A stretch of DNA of 64,000 bases from Acidobacteriota bacterium. Lineage in GTDB: Bacteria; Acidobacteriota; CAIWXX01. Below are positions 1 to 10,174 of the stretch, one piece after another. Location of the stretch: NCBI GenBank assembly GCA_040755995.1, contig JBFMAF010000020.1:1-64000 (forward strand), in the 5' to 3' direction. The notes below the pieces were generated by a model that saw only the letters and a program-made list of their open reading frames with translations, ran no database searches and was not told the DNA's origin. Numbering within the stretch: the stretch's first letter is position 1; every line of letters starts with the position of its first letter. The translations under genes were made by a program, and so were the position numbers.

Positions 1-277
1 CGGTGGCGATGATCGTGCTGCGCCCGCGAGGCGCGACCTTCGACGGGCTCGCCTGCAGCACGATGGTGGCCTCGCGATCGGTCGCGGATGGCGGCGTCTT
101 GCTGCAGCCCGCGTAGAGGGGCAGAAGCAGGATTAGAGCAAAGCGATACGCGGGCCACCGGCAGAGCAGCCAGCGAGCTCGCGCAGAGCGGTGAGCACGC
201 CGGCCTCTTCCCCACCGTTCGAACCGCCGAACGGATTCACGATCACCTCCCCGTTTCCCTCTCGTGAGACTTGTCAT
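1..277 (-). CDS. Partial CDS running off the left edge; putative lipoprotein, possibly followed by an Ig-like domain
   Basis: Manual translation of the minus strand from ATG 277 is open to the edge: ...YRFALILLLPLYAGCSKTPPSATDREATIVLQASPSKVAPRGRSTIIAT. Hydrophobic stretch plus lipobox-like LYAG-C. Start uncertain. Confidence 0.5.
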   Translation of the reverse strand, partial: MTSLTRGKRGGDRESVRRFERWGRGRRAHRSARARWLLCRWPAYRFALILLLPLYAGCSKTPPSATDREATIVLQASPSKVAPRGRSTIIAT

Positions 278-614
278 ACATGTCCCCCCATATATAAAGT
301 TTCGCGAGATGCCCATTTCTCGCCCGAGATTTCGAAAAAAGTTGAAAAAAACTGTGTCGGGGGATCGGGGCGCCCGCAAGTGTAAGAGCGCCAACGGCGT
401 CCGTCGGCCTCTGAATCCGTTCGTCCAAGAGTTCTCAGATCTCTCGCCTCCTACCCTATAAGTGCGGTGGCAGCTCCCTTTTCTTGGTATACGCGAAAAA
501 AAACAGCCCTGGCGCTCCCCACAGGCAGTGCCAACGGCGGCGCTTCCGGCCAGGACTCCTCGTGACGGGGCCTCGGCCGGCGCCGATTGGCATACGTCTC
601 CCTCCCACGCATGC

Positions 615-656
615 GCCTACGCCTACGGCTACGGCCACGACGAGGTCCACGACAAC
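615..656. repeat. Degenerate hexamer tandem repeat, 7 units
   Basis: gcctac gcctac ggctac ggccac gacgag gtccac gacaac, in intergenic DNA. Confidence 0.55.
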
Positions 657-914
657 GAACTCATACAGGGCCCGTCAGCCCTGGTAGGAATGATCCCGTC
701 TGCGGGAGGTTCCGAAGTGGAGGTGATGCACCGCGACAGGCTCGGCGCCCGGCCGATCTGGAGGTCGTTTGGTTGAGCTCGTACCCGGACCCGGCACCAC
801 CTTCGCGAACGCGAACGAGTACGGTCGGTTGGCTCGCATCGGAGTGCCTCGCCTCTCCAGTCTGTGCTACCATGCAGCCCCGTTGGTGCGAGATGCAACT
901 GAGAGAGTGGTGAC

Positions 915-2162
915 ATGAATGAGTCAGACCCGAAACAGACCGCAAAGCTAACCCCGTACCTTCTCGTGGTTTTCGTCGGATGCTGGTTGGGAGGCGTCTT
1001 CGACGGCATGGATTCCACCTTGATGTCGGTGGTGCTGCCCGTGGCGGTGGCCGAGCTGATCGGGACGACGGCGCGCGAGGCGGTCAGCCAGGTCGGATCT
1101 TACGTGAGCTGCATGTTCCTCCTGGGGTGGATGACGGGCGGGATACTATTCGGCGTCGTTGGAGACAAGCTCGGCCGCATCCGTTCCATGATCATGTCCA
1201 TCCTGCTCTATGCGCTCTTCACGGGGTTGTCAGGGTTTTCCCAGCACTGGATCCACCTCGCACTCTGCCGGTACCTCACCGGACTGGGCATCGGCGGCGA
1301 GCTCGTCACTATCGCCACATTCTTGTCGGAAGTCTGGCCGGAGCGGACAAGGGCGGTCGCAGTGGGGATGCTGATCACGTCGTACCAGGCCGGAGTTTTC
1401 GTTGCCGGTTCGATCAACTACATCTTCCCATACTGGCGCCATGTGTTCTTCGTGGGGGCGGTGCCCGCCGTCCTGGTGGTTCTGATCCGGTTGACGCTCC
1501 GTGAATCCGAACGCTGGCAAGCGGCCGCGGAACGGCGCGCCGAAGCCTCGCAGGTCCGCGCGCTCTTCACGCAATCCCATCGCCGCGACGTCCTGGTCGG
1601 GTCCATGGCCTTCGCCGGACTGCTGATCGGCTACTGGGCATCGGCAGCCTGGCTGCCCACCTGGATTCAAAGCCTGCTCCCAGGCGGGGCCGTGGGCTCG
1701 CACGAGCGCAGCACCGCGGTCATGTACCAGGGAATCGCGGCGATCGCCGGCTGCGCGAGCGCCGGTTGGATCTGCAACTCGATCGGCCGCCGCGCGGCTC
1801 TCATTCTTTCCTCGACCGGCTGTTTCGTGGCCTCTGCCATTCTCTTCCAGACCAACCACGCCTTCTCTGCGAACATCTACTGGGAGAACGCACTGCTCGG
1901 CTTCTTCATCGGCCTCTGCCAATCGGGCACGTATACCTACCTGACCGAGCTCTTTCCGACGTGGATACGAGCCACCGGCACCGGATTCTGTTTGAACGCC
2001 GGGCGGCTCGCCACCGCTATCTCTGTTTACTTCGTTGGTACGTTGGTGAAACTGCTGGGCGGCTATGCCAATGCCGCCTTCGCCTTCGCCTTCGTCTACC
2101 TCTTGACACTGGTCGCCGCTTCCGTGGGGCGCGAGACACGAGGCAAAGCCCTGCCCGAATAG
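915..2162 (+). CDS. MFS transporter
   Basis: 415 aa, about 12 hydrophobic segments, motif A-like GVVGDKLGRIRS, GLGIGGE, and TELFPTWIRATG. Confidence 0.93.
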   Translation: MNESDPKQTAKLTPYLLVVFVGCWLGGVFDGMDSTLMSVVLPVAVAELIGTTAREAVSQVGSYVSCMFLLGWMTGGILFGVVGDKLGRIRSMIMSILLYALFTGLSGFSQHWIHLALCRYLTGLGIGGELVTIATFLSEVWPERTRAVAVGMLITSYQAGVFVAGSINYIFPYWRHVFFVGAVPAVLVVLIRLTLRESERWQAAAERRAEASQVRALFTQSHRRDVLVGSMAFAGLLIGYWASAAWLPTWIQSLLPGGAVGSHERSTAVMYQGIAAIAGCASAGWICNSIGRRAALILSSTGCFVASAILFQTNHAFSANIYWENALLGFFIGLCQSGTYTYLTELFPTWIRATGTGFCLNAGRLATAISVYFVGTLVKLLGGYANAAFAFAFVYLLTLVAASVGRETRGKALPE

Positions 2163-2242
2163 AGCCCCTTCACGAAGCCGATGTCGAACCCGCCGGATCG
2201 GGGAGACTCCACTGGCCGTGAGGCCTATGCGGTATTCGCGAG

Positions 2243-2248
2243 TATAAT
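2243..2248 (+). promoter_or_regulatory. Putative -10 box (TATAAT) of a leaderless transcript
   Basis: Perfect TATAAT 6 nt before the GTG start at 2255; no SD sequence; -35 not evident. Confidence 0.5.
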
Positions 2249-2254
2249 ACGCTC

Positions 2255-3637
2255 GTGACACGAGTTCTGCTGGTAGAAGACAAGGACAGCCTACGCGAGA
2301 CGCTCCGCGTCACCCTCGAGAAGGAAGGCTACCAGGTCGATGCGGTTTCCGACGGGCGTGTGGCGGCCGAGCTGCTCCACGAGCGCCGCTTCCAGCTTCT
2401 CCTGACTGATCTCCGTCTCCCGGGCGAATCCGGGCTCGACCTTCTGAAGGCGGCGCGGGACAACGACCCGGCCATCGAAGTCATCGTGATGACGGCCTAC
2501 GGATCGATTTCCGAGGCCGTGTCGGCGATGAGACTGGGAGCATTCGATTTCCTGGCGAAGCCCGTCGAGATCGACCACCTGCTTCTACTCATGAAGCGTG
2601 CGCTCGAAAGGAACCGGCTGTATGCCGAGAACCTGCTGCTGCGCGAGGAGTTCGCGAAGACGTTGGGATTTCCGGTCATCGTGGGCGATAGCCAGGCGAT
2701 GCAGGTGGTGTCGCAAGCGATCCAGCGTGTCGCCGGCACAGACTCGACTGTGCTGCTTTTCGGAGAGAGCGGGACGGGCAAGGAGCTGTTTGCGAGAGCG
2801 ATTCATCATCTATCGCCGAGGCGCGAATGCCCCTTCGTCGCGATCAACTGCGCCGCGATCCCGGAGACGCTGCTGGAGAACGAGCTGTTCGGCCATGAGA
2901 AGGGAGCCTTCACCGGAGCCACTTCGAGGAAGGCGGGCAAGTTCGAGCTGGCCGATCATGGCACGATCTTCCTGGACGAGATCGGTGATCTGGGGCTCAC
3001 TCTCCAGGCCAAGCTGCTGCGAGTCATCCAGGAGAGATCCTTCGAGCGAATCGGCGGCCTTGCGGTCATCGAGACGGATGTGAGACTTATCGTGGCCACG
3101 AACCGTGATCTTCAGGATGCTGTGGCGGAGAAGCGCTTTCGTGAAGACCTCTATTATCGAATCAGCACGTTTCCCGTGCAGATACCCCCGCTGCGCGAGC
3201 GACCGGGCGACATACCGCTTCTCGCCAATCACTTCCTCCTACTCCTGGCCCAGACGATCAGGCGCCGTGCTATGCGGTTGGATCCGGCCGCGATAGAGAA
3301 GCTGCAGCACTACGGCTGGCCGGGCAATGTGCGGGAGATCCGCAACTGCATCGAACGCGCGGTCATCCTGTGCGACGGTGACGTGATCAGGCCTGCAGAC
3401 CTGGTGTTCTCCGGAGGGCCGTTGGAAGAAGAGGTGAATTGGGGAGGCGGGCTGGAGGAGATCGAGAAGGATGCGACGCGATGGGCCGCACGCAAGGCGA
3501 TTCGCAACGCCATGGCGGCGGCCCATGGCGACCTGGCCGGAGCCGCAGCCATTCTGAAGCTGAGCGACCGCAAGCTGGAGACCAGGATCAAGGAGCTGGG
3601 AATGGGCGGCTTGCTTCGCGGCCGCCAAGTCCGCTAG
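2255..3637 (+). CDS. Sigma-54-dependent response regulator (NtrC/AtoC family: REC-AAA+-HTH)
   Basis: N-terminal receiver (VLLVED...TDLRLP...AKP), GESGTGKE, ELFGHEKGAFTGA, FLDEIGD, WPGNVRE, C-terminal Fis-like HTH. Confidence 0.95.
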   Translation: MTRVLLVEDKDSLRETLRVTLEKEGYQVDAVSDGRVAAELLHERRFQLLLTDLRLPGESGLDLLKAARDNDPAIEVIVMTAYGSISEAVSAMRLGAFDFLAKPVEIDHLLLLMKRALERNRLYAENLLLREEFAKTLGFPVIVGDSQAMQVVSQAIQRVAGTDSTVLLFGESGTGKELFARAIHHLSPRRECPFVAINCAAIPETLLENELFGHEKGAFTGATSRKAGKFELADHGTIFLDEIGDLGLTLQAKLLRVIQERSFERIGGLAVIETDVRLIVATNRDLQDAVAEKRFREDLYYRISTFPVQIPPLRERPGDIPLLANHFLLLLAQTIRRRAMRLDPAAIEKLQHYGWPGNVREIRNCIERAVILCDGDVIRPADLVFSGGPLEEEVNWGGGLEEIEKDATRWAARKAIRNAMAAAHGDLAGAAAILKLSDRKLETRIKELGMGGLLRGRQVR

Positions 3638-3737
3638 TCTAGGCTGTGCTCAGGGCGTAGCGGGGCCTGGGCCTGTCGCTTTTCGCACGCGTGGTGCCAT
3701 CTCTGGAGCAGATAACGTGAATGTCGGAGGCCCGGTT

Positions 3738-4475
3738 ATGACACGGAAGGAAGCGAGCGCCGAGGCTCGAGACAGCCAGTCGCCTCCCGCGCGATTTCGC
3801 CCTCCCGCCCTCCCGTTGAAGGGTCGAATCCTCGCAGGTGCAGCCGGGTTGCTCGCATCGAGCCTGATCCGGGTGCTGGGGAGGACCTGGCGATGCCAGG
3901 TCATCGGGAGAGAACATTACGAGAGGCTGATCGCGGATCGTACACCCTTCATAATCGCGGTCTGGCACGACAACATCATGGCCCCCATTTTCTGGCACCG
4001 CGGTGAAGGGATAAAGCCGATGGTAAGTCACCATCTGGACGGCGAGATGATAGCGCGGACACTGAGCCGTCTCGGATACCGCCCGATACGCGGCAGCAGC
4101 ACACGAGGAGGGTCGGAGGCGTTCGCCGAGATGGTCGGCGAGCTGAGCAACGGCCACCCATGCTCGGTGATGCCCGACGGGCCGCGCGGGCCGAGGCACG
4201 TCTTCAAGCCGGGCACGATCTTGATCGCCGGCCGGGCGGGCGCGAGCCTCCTGCCGCTGACCTTCGATGCCGCGCCGAAGATCGTGTTCAACAGCTGGGA
4301 TCGATTGAAGCTGCCGGGCCCCTTCGCGCGCGTCTCGCTTCGCTACGGTGTTCCGATCAAGGTGCCGGCGATTCTGGATGGAGAGGAGCTCGATCGGTTT
4401 CGAGAACGAGTCGAGGCCGATCTCAACGCGCTGGACGAGGCTGCGGAGAGTGACATCCGGTCGATTGCACGATGA
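3738..4475 (+). CDS. DUF374 / lysophospholipid acyltransferase-family protein
   Basis: AVWH, MVSHHLDGE, IRGSSTRGG, PDGPRGP, SWDRLKLPGPF motifs; GGAGG precedes ATG 3738. Confidence 0.88.
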   Translation: MTRKEASAEARDSQSPPARFRPPALPLKGRILAGAAGLLASSLIRVLGRTWRCQVIGREHYERLIADRTPFIIAVWHDNIMAPIFWHRGEGIKPMVSHHLDGEMIARTLSRLGYRPIRGSSTRGGSEAFAEMVGELSNGHPCSVMPDGPRGPRHVFKPGTILIAGRAGASLLPLTFDAAPKIVFNSWDRLKLPGPFARVSLRYGVPIKVPAILDGEELDRFRERVEADLNALDEAAESDIRSIAR

Positions 4476-7072
4476 TTGCGCGGCGCACTGTACTCATCCT
4501 CCTCGCCGCCGTTACTCTGCTGCCGTGCGACCCGGGGTTGGCATTCGACCCCAACAAGCCTCCCACGCAGTACATCCGCGACGTCTGGCAGACTGAGAAC
4601 GGCCTGCCTCAGAACTCGATCCTGCACATCGCGCAGACGCCGGACGGATACCTGTGGCTGGCCACATACGAAGGTCTGGTCCGGTTTGATGGGCTTCGAT
4701 TCACGGTCTTCGACAGCGAGAATACGCCGGAGATCACGAAGAACACCGTTTTCGCGATGCACGTCGCTCGCGACGGGTCGCTCTGGTTCGGCACATCCGG
4801 CGGCGGCCTGGTCCGGCACACGGGAGGCAGGTTCACGGCTCTTGGCGTGGCCGAGGGGCTATCCAATGGCATCGTACGCGCTCTGGAGGAGAGCCGCGAC
4901 GGGAGCTTGTGGATTGCCACGTACGGAGGCGGCTTGAACAGGCTCAAGGACGGCAAGGTGTCCGTACTCACATCAAGTGACGGCATCCCGAGCAACTTCC
5001 TTCTGGACGTGCTCGAGGACCGCGACGGAGGCGTATGGGTGGGGACGGCCGGAGCCGGACTGGCTCTGTTCACCGGCGGACGCTGGACGACTTACACCAC
5101 CGCCGAGGGGCTGGCTGGGATGTTCGTCCGGCGGATTCTCGAGGATCGGCTGGGTAACGTGTGGGTAGGCACCACGTCAGGTCTCAGCTGCTTCAGTGAA
5201 GGCAAGCTTGCGACATACACTCGCAAGCACGGGCTGCCGGGCGATGCAATTTTCGCCATATATGAGGATCTGGATGGGAACCTGTGGATCGGGACGGAGG
5301 GGGGCGGGCTGGCACTCTACAACGGTGGCAAATTCATCCCTTTCTCGCAGCGCCTGCCGCTCTCCGACAACGTTGTCACCGCTCTTCGCGAGGACGGCGA
5401 GGGGAGCTTCTGGATCGGGACCGAGAACGCCGGTCTGAACAGATGGAGGGTGGGCAAGTTCACGGCCTACACGAGCGTGGAGGGCGTCTCGGGGAGGACC
5501 ATCCGGGCCGTGTGCGAGAGCGGGGACGGAGGCCTCTGGATGGGATCGAGCGGGGGCGGCGTGACGTCGTTCAAGAACGGGAGTTTCCGTTCTTATACCA
5601 CCGGCAACGGCCTGCCCGATGACTACGTGAGGTCGGTCTGCGTTGACCGGAAGAACGACGTCTGGCTCGGAACACGCAAAGGCCTGTGCCGATTGCGCGG
5701 AGGTAAGGTCACGGTCTACACGACTCGCGACGGCCTCCCCGATGACAACGTCCGCGCCGTCTTCGAAGATCGCGGTGGCGCGCTCTGGCTGGGTACAAGA
5801 CATGGCCTGTGCTGCATGAAAGACGGAAAGCTCACTGTCTATGGCACCCGCGACGGCCTTGCCCATGACGACATTGCCACTATCACCCAGGGGTCGAACG
5901 GGGATCTGTGGTTCGGCACGAACGGCGGTGGAGTCAGCAGGTTGCGCGACGGCCGGTTCACGACGTTCTCTACGCGGGACGGACTCTCGAGCGACGTGGT
6001 CTATTCCATCTACTGTGACGCGGAAGGCAGCGTGTGGATAGGCACATACGGAGGTGGGCTCAGCCGGATTCGTGAAGGCAAGATCGATACGTGGACCAGG
6101 AGGTCCGGCCTCTTCGACAACGTCGCGTTTCAGATACTCGAGGACGCTCGCGGGCAGCTCTGGATGAGCTGCAACCGGGGCATCTACAGCGTGAGCAAGC
6201 GCGCACTCGACGACGTCGCGGCCGGCAGGACATCTTCCGTGCGTTGTGTGTCGTTCGGGAAAGCTGATGGGATGCGCAGCAGCGAATGCAACAGCGGCTG
6301 CCCCGCGGGCTGCAGGACGAGGGATGGCCGGCTCTGGTTTCCGACGTGCAACGGCGTTGTCGCGATCGATCCTGAGCACCTCGAGGAGAAGGAACAGCCG
6401 CCGCCGCTGGTGGTGGAAGATCTGTTGGTGGACGGCCAACACGTTGATCTTGGCGCGGAAAACGTGGTACCGCCCGGCAGCCACTCCCTGGAGATCCGCT
6501 ACACCAGCCCCAGCTTCCTGGCGCCTGAGCGCGTGAAATTCAAGTACCGGCTGGACGGCTTCGACCGAGACTGGGTGGACGTGGGAACACGGCGTGCCGC
6601 CTACTACACCAATCTCCCACCTGCCTCCTACACATTCAGCGTCAAGGCCTGCAACAACGGCGGTGTCTGGAATGAGACGGGCGCTTCCATCGGCTTCACT
6701 CTACTGCCGTTCTTCTACCAGACCGGCTGGTTCATCGCCCTGTGTGCGGCCGGCACCGTGTCGCTCGGCCTCTCTCTCCACCTTCTCCGAGTGCGGAGCC
6801 TGCGCCGGCGGCGCGAGGAACTGGCCCGGCAGGTGGACGATGCCTTGGCCAAGATAAAGGTGCTGAGCGGTCTGCTCCCCATCTGCGCCTGGTGCAAGAA
6901 GGTCCGCGACGATCAGGGGTACTGGAGCCAGATCGAAAGCTATATCAAGAAGCACTCCGAGGCGGAGTTTACGCATGGGATCTGCCCCGAGTGCGCCAGG
7001 AAGCTCTATGAGGGTGCCGGCTACGCTGCGCCGCCCGATACCGATACGACATCTCCGAGTGAGCATGATTGA
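4472..7072 (+). CDS. Membrane sensor: two-component regulator propeller repeats + Y_Y_Y + TM + short Cys/His C-terminal domain (no kinase domain)
   Basis: Signal peptide, many DxxGxLWxGTxGGGL blades, KFKYRLDGFDRDW...AYYTNLPPASYTFSV, TM helix, then LPICAWCKKVR...THGICPEC; ATGA overlap with the upstream gene. Confidence 0.9.
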   Translation: MIARRTVLILLAAVTLLPCDPGLAFDPNKPPTQYIRDVWQTENGLPQNSILHIAQTPDGYLWLATYEGLVRFDGLRFTVFDSENTPEITKNTVFAMHVARDGSLWFGTSGGGLVRHTGGRFTALGVAEGLSNGIVRALEESRDGSLWIATYGGGLNRLKDGKVSVLTSSDGIPSNFLLDVLEDRDGGVWVGTAGAGLALFTGGRWTTYTTAEGLAGMFVRRILEDRLGNVWVGTTSGLSCFSEGKLATYTRKHGLPGDAIFAIYEDLDGNLWIGTEGGGLALYNGGKFIPFSQRLPLSDNVVTALREDGEGSFWIGTENAGLNRWRVGKFTAYTSVEGVSGRTIRAVCESGDGGLWMGSSGGGVTSFKNGSFRSYTTGNGLPDDYVRSVCVDRKNDVWLGTRKGLCRLRGGKVTVYTTRDGLPDDNVRAVFEDRGGALWLGTRHGLCCMKDGKLTVYGTRDGLAHDDIATITQGSNGDLWFGTNGGGVSRLRDGRFTTFSTRDGLSSDVVYSIYCDAEGSVWIGTYGGGLSRIREGKIDTWTRRSGLFDNVAFQILEDARGQLWMSCNRGIYSVSKRALDDVAAGRTSSVRCVSFGKADGMRSSECNSGCPAGCRTRDGRLWFPTCNGVVAIDPEHLEEKEQPPPLVVEDLLVDGQHVDLGAENVVPPGSHSLEIRYTSPSFLAPERVKFKYRLDGFDRDWVDVGTRRAAYYTNLPPASYTFSVKACNNGGVWNETGASIGFTLLPFFYQTGWFIALCAAGTVSLGLSLHLLRVRSLRRRREELARQVDDALAKIKVLSGLLPICAWCKKVRDDQGYWSQIESYIKKHSEAEFTHGICPECARKLYEGAGYAAPPDTDTTSPSEHD

Positions 7073-7105
7073 GGGGGAGTCAGCGGCCGACAGAGAGGTG
7101 GATGG

Positions 7106-8047
7106 ATGGCGAACGTACTGGTGACGGGTGGCGCAGGGTTCATCGGCAGCAACTTGTGCCAGGCGCTGGTGGAGCGTGGAGAGCGCGTGCGCGTGCTGGA
7201 TGATCTCTCGACCGGCAAGCTGTCTAACCTGGCCGCAGTCGAGGGAAGGGTCACCTTCATCAGGGGAAGCGTGAGCGACGCCGAAGCGGTGAAGCTGGGG
7301 GTGGCGGGTGTGGACGTCGTCTTCCATCTAGGGGCGATCCCATCGGTCGCTCGTTCGGTGGCGGACCCCGTATCGACCGACCGCGCGAATATCCTGGGTA
7401 CGCTCCAGGTATTGCTGGCCGCACGCGACGCGGGAGTCCGGCGGGTGGTGTTCGCCTCCTCCTCGTCCGTCTACGGTGAGACCGAGACGCTGCCCAAGAT
7501 CGAGACCATGACGCCGGAGCCGGCCTCGCCGTACGCGCTCTCGAAACTCGCGGGCGAGCACTACTGCGCCATCTTTTCGAAGCTGTATGGCTTGTCCACG
7601 GTCGCCCTGAGGTTCTTCAACATCTTCGGCCCGAGGCAGGATCCTTCCTCCCAGTACTCGGGTGTGATCGCGATCTTCATCAGCAAGATTCTGCAGGGCA
7701 GCCGGGCGACCATCCACGGCGATGGCGAGCAGAGTCGCGATTTCACATACGTCGACAACGCAATCGCAACGATTCTCGCCGCGGCAGAGTCGCAAGAAGG
7801 GAACGGCGACGCGATCAATGTGGGTTGTGGCGAGAGGCACTCGGTCAACGAACTCTACCAGACCATTCGCGAGATCGGCGGGAGTCCAATCGAGCCGATC
7901 TACGGGCCGGCGCGGGCGGGCGACGTACGCCACTCCCAGGCCGATCTCACGCGGGCGCGCATCATGCTCGGCTACGAGCCCGCGGTGACGTTCGAGGAAG
8001 GACTGCGCCGCACCTTCGAGTACTACGAGAGGCAGGGCGCCGGATAG
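7106..8047 (+). CDS. NAD-dependent nucleotide-sugar epimerase/dehydratase (extended SDR, GalE/WbpP-like)
   Basis: VLVTGGAGFIGS, ASSSSVYG, YALSK (YxxxK), RFFNIFGPRQ, GDGEQSRDFTYV. Confidence 0.93.
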   Translation: MANVLVTGGAGFIGSNLCQALVERGERVRVLDDLSTGKLSNLAAVEGRVTFIRGSVSDAEAVKLGVAGVDVVFHLGAIPSVARSVADPVSTDRANILGTLQVLLAARDAGVRRVVFASSSSVYGETETLPKIETMTPEPASPYALSKLAGEHYCAIFSKLYGLSTVALRFFNIFGPRQDPSSQYSGVIAIFISKILQGSRATIHGDGEQSRDFTYVDNAIATILAAAESQEGNGDAINVGCGERHSVNELYQTIREIGGSPIEPIYGPARAGDVRHSQADLTRARIMLGYEPAVTFEEGLRRTFEYYERQGAG

Positions 8048-8073
8048 TTTGACGCGTATGGCCCCTCGAATAA

Positions 8074-8197
8074 ATGCGGAATGCGGAGTGCGGAATAGGG
8101 CAGACCAGCGCACCGTGGCCAATACCAGCAACGCGGAGCCGCTGACAAAGGTGCGTGGCGGCGGGCTGTCGTTGTGGCAGCTTCCGCATTCCGAATT
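8074..8197. repeat. Heptamer ATGCGGA tandem (3 units) with inverted TTCCGCA-type units about 85 nt downstream
   Basis: atgcgga atgcgga gtgcgga at 8074-8094; ttccgca ttccgaa at 8182-8195. Confidence 0.55.
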
Positions 8198-8227
8198 CGC
8201 CGGCGCGGTCCTCCCTAGAGTCTGCCC

Positions 8228-10078
8228 GTGAGAATCGCTGAATCAAAGCACGAGCTGATCCTGGCGGCGCTGCTGGTCCTGGTCATCTGTCAGTTCATTC
8301 GCTCCGGTGTTCTCGTAAACGGCGACGGCCGCTTCTACTACTACCCGTACGTACACTCTATCGTGTTCGATCATGACCTGGACCTGTCGGACGAGTACAA
8401 AGAGGTGGGACTGAACCACTGGTACTACGAGACCAACACCTGCACGGGGGTGGCGCCAAGCGTGAGCCCGGCCGGATCTCCTCTGTTGATTCTCCCGTTC
8501 TACGCGTTCGCTCACCTCGGCGTGCGGATCGCCGTGTGGATGGGCGCCGGCGTCAGGACCGACGGCTACTCGTTTCCCTACCAGCTGGCCTATTGCCTCG
8601 GGTCGGTCCTCTACCTCTCAGCCGGCCTGGCACTGCTCTACTGCTTCCTGCGGAGGTTCTTCCCGAAGACGGAGGCGCTGTTTCTGACGATCCTTGCCTT
8701 CTTGAGTACGCCTCTTCTTTACTACGTCTATCATGAACCATCGGCAAGCGCGGGAACAGGCCTGTTCGTGGGAACGGCGTACTTCTTGTTCCTCTCCAAG
8801 GCGTGGCCGCACCTCGAGAGAGGGTCGGTGACGAGGTGGGCTCTCGCTGGGATCATCGCGGGCGTTGGAATGATGGTTCGCTGGGAACAAGTATTCTACC
8901 TGCTGGTCGCCATGGCGCTGCTCGCGCACCTGCTTCTGAGCTCGAGAATCGAGATGCGGCGGAGCCTCGTCGCGGGCGCGGCCTTTTCCGGCGGTTTCGC
9001 CGCGGGCTTCGCGCCACAGATGATCATCTGGACGGTGATGTGGGGAAGCCCGCTCACCCTTCCCCAGGGCGCCGAGATGCACTGGAGCAGGCCGTTCATC
9101 GAAGAGACCCTTTTTTCGTCGCGCAACGGCCTGTTCTCGTTCACACCTATCGCATTGGTTTCAGTGGTCGGGCTGCTCGCAGCGCTTCGGCGATATCGCC
9201 GGCTGGCGGCCCTGGCCCTGGCCTGCCTCGCCAGCGTCGTCTACATGAACAGCGCCTACGCGGAGTGGTGGGGAGCGTACGGATTCGGCATGCGCAGAGT
9301 TGTCGCCTTGACGGCTCCACTGATGGCCGGGTGTGGGGTCGCGCTGCAGGTCGTCGAACGTCAGGTAGCACGCAGACCCAAAATCGCGGTGTGGGCGGCC
9401 GTCGCGCTGCTTGCAGGACTGAACTGCCTTTTCTTCCTGCAAGTCAAACAGGGAAAGCTCGATCTCTTCGCAAACCGCTCCTTCCGCACCCTTATCTCCG
9501 ACCAGCTCGACATGCTGCTCACGAGGGTGGGCTATCCGTTCTCTTGGCCTGCGAACTGGGTATTCGCGGCCCGGTACGACGTCTCCCCGGACAGGTACGA
9601 CACGGTGGTGGGCAACTACCTGTTCTCGTGGGATGTCCACGAGCAGGCGCGCGCCATTCGGTTTGGGCAGCGGGATGATGTCTACCTCGGCTACGGGTTC
9701 TCGCAGCCGGAATCACTGCCCACCGGAGAGTCGTGGCGATGGTCGCAATGGCCGAGATCGGAGATTCTGGTGTCGCTTTTCCGGCCGTACGCCCTGGATC
9801 TGACGCTCAGGGCGATGCCGTTCTGGCCCGAGGGGCTCCCGGCGCAGACAGTCAAGGTGATCGTGAACGGTCATGCGGCCGAGACCTGGGTGATGTCGCA
9901 CCAGCTTCGGGACTACCGAGTGTCATTGCGCCCCGAGTGGCTTAGGTGCGGGGTCAATGCGATCGTCTTCGAATACAGCCACACGCATTCGCCCGCAGCC
10001 GCGGGAATCAGCGGGGACCCGAGGGATCTGGCCGTGCAGTTCCGCCTGCTGACCTTCCGCCTGAGAGACCGGCCGTAG
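8228..10078 (+). CDS. Polytopic membrane protein, probable GT-C-type glycosyltransferase with a C-terminal extracytoplasmic beta domain
   Basis: DGRFYYYPYVHSIVFDHDLDLSDEY loop after TM1, many TMs, WWGAYGFGMR motif, soluble C-terminus; downstream of the epimerase. Confidence 0.7.
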   Translation: MRIAESKHELILAALLVLVICQFIRSGVLVNGDGRFYYYPYVHSIVFDHDLDLSDEYKEVGLNHWYYETNTCTGVAPSVSPAGSPLLILPFYAFAHLGVRIAVWMGAGVRTDGYSFPYQLAYCLGSVLYLSAGLALLYCFLRRFFPKTEALFLTILAFLSTPLLYYVYHEPSASAGTGLFVGTAYFLFLSKAWPHLERGSVTRWALAGIIAGVGMMVRWEQVFYLLVAMALLAHLLLSSRIEMRRSLVAGAAFSGGFAAGFAPQMIIWTVMWGSPLTLPQGAEMHWSRPFIEETLFSSRNGLFSFTPIALVSVVGLLAALRRYRRLAALALACLASVVYMNSAYAEWWGAYGFGMRRVVALTAPLMAGCGVALQVVERQVARRPKIAVWAAVALLAGLNCLFFLQVKQGKLDLFANRSFRTLISDQLDMLLTRVGYPFSWPANWVFAARYDVSPDRYDTVVGNYLFSWDVHEQARAIRFGQRDDVYLGYGFSQPESLPTGESWRWSQWPRSEILVSLFRPYALDLTLRAMPFWPEGLPAQTVKVIVNGHAAETWVMSHQLRDYRVSLRPEWLRCGVNAIVFEYSHTHSPAAAGISGDPRDLAVQFRLLTFRLRDRP

Positions 10079-10174
10079 CGCCCGGTCTCGCCGCCGGTGA
10101 AGCCGCGCGAGCCGGCGGCACAACCACCGATCCGGCCCGCTTCAAAGGCATCGCAGGTCCACGGAGTAATCGCG

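Noticed and set aside
278..914. Possible ncRNA, riboswitch or small gene in the long divergent intergenic region
   Set aside because: No recognisable RNA motif or convincing ORF; only an AT-rich promoter-like patch and hexamer repeats. An Rfam search would be needed to exclude it.
4472..6400. Repeated GACGGCCT/ACGCGCGACGG-like DNA within the sensor gene
   Set aside because: Explained by the protein's propeller-blade repeats.
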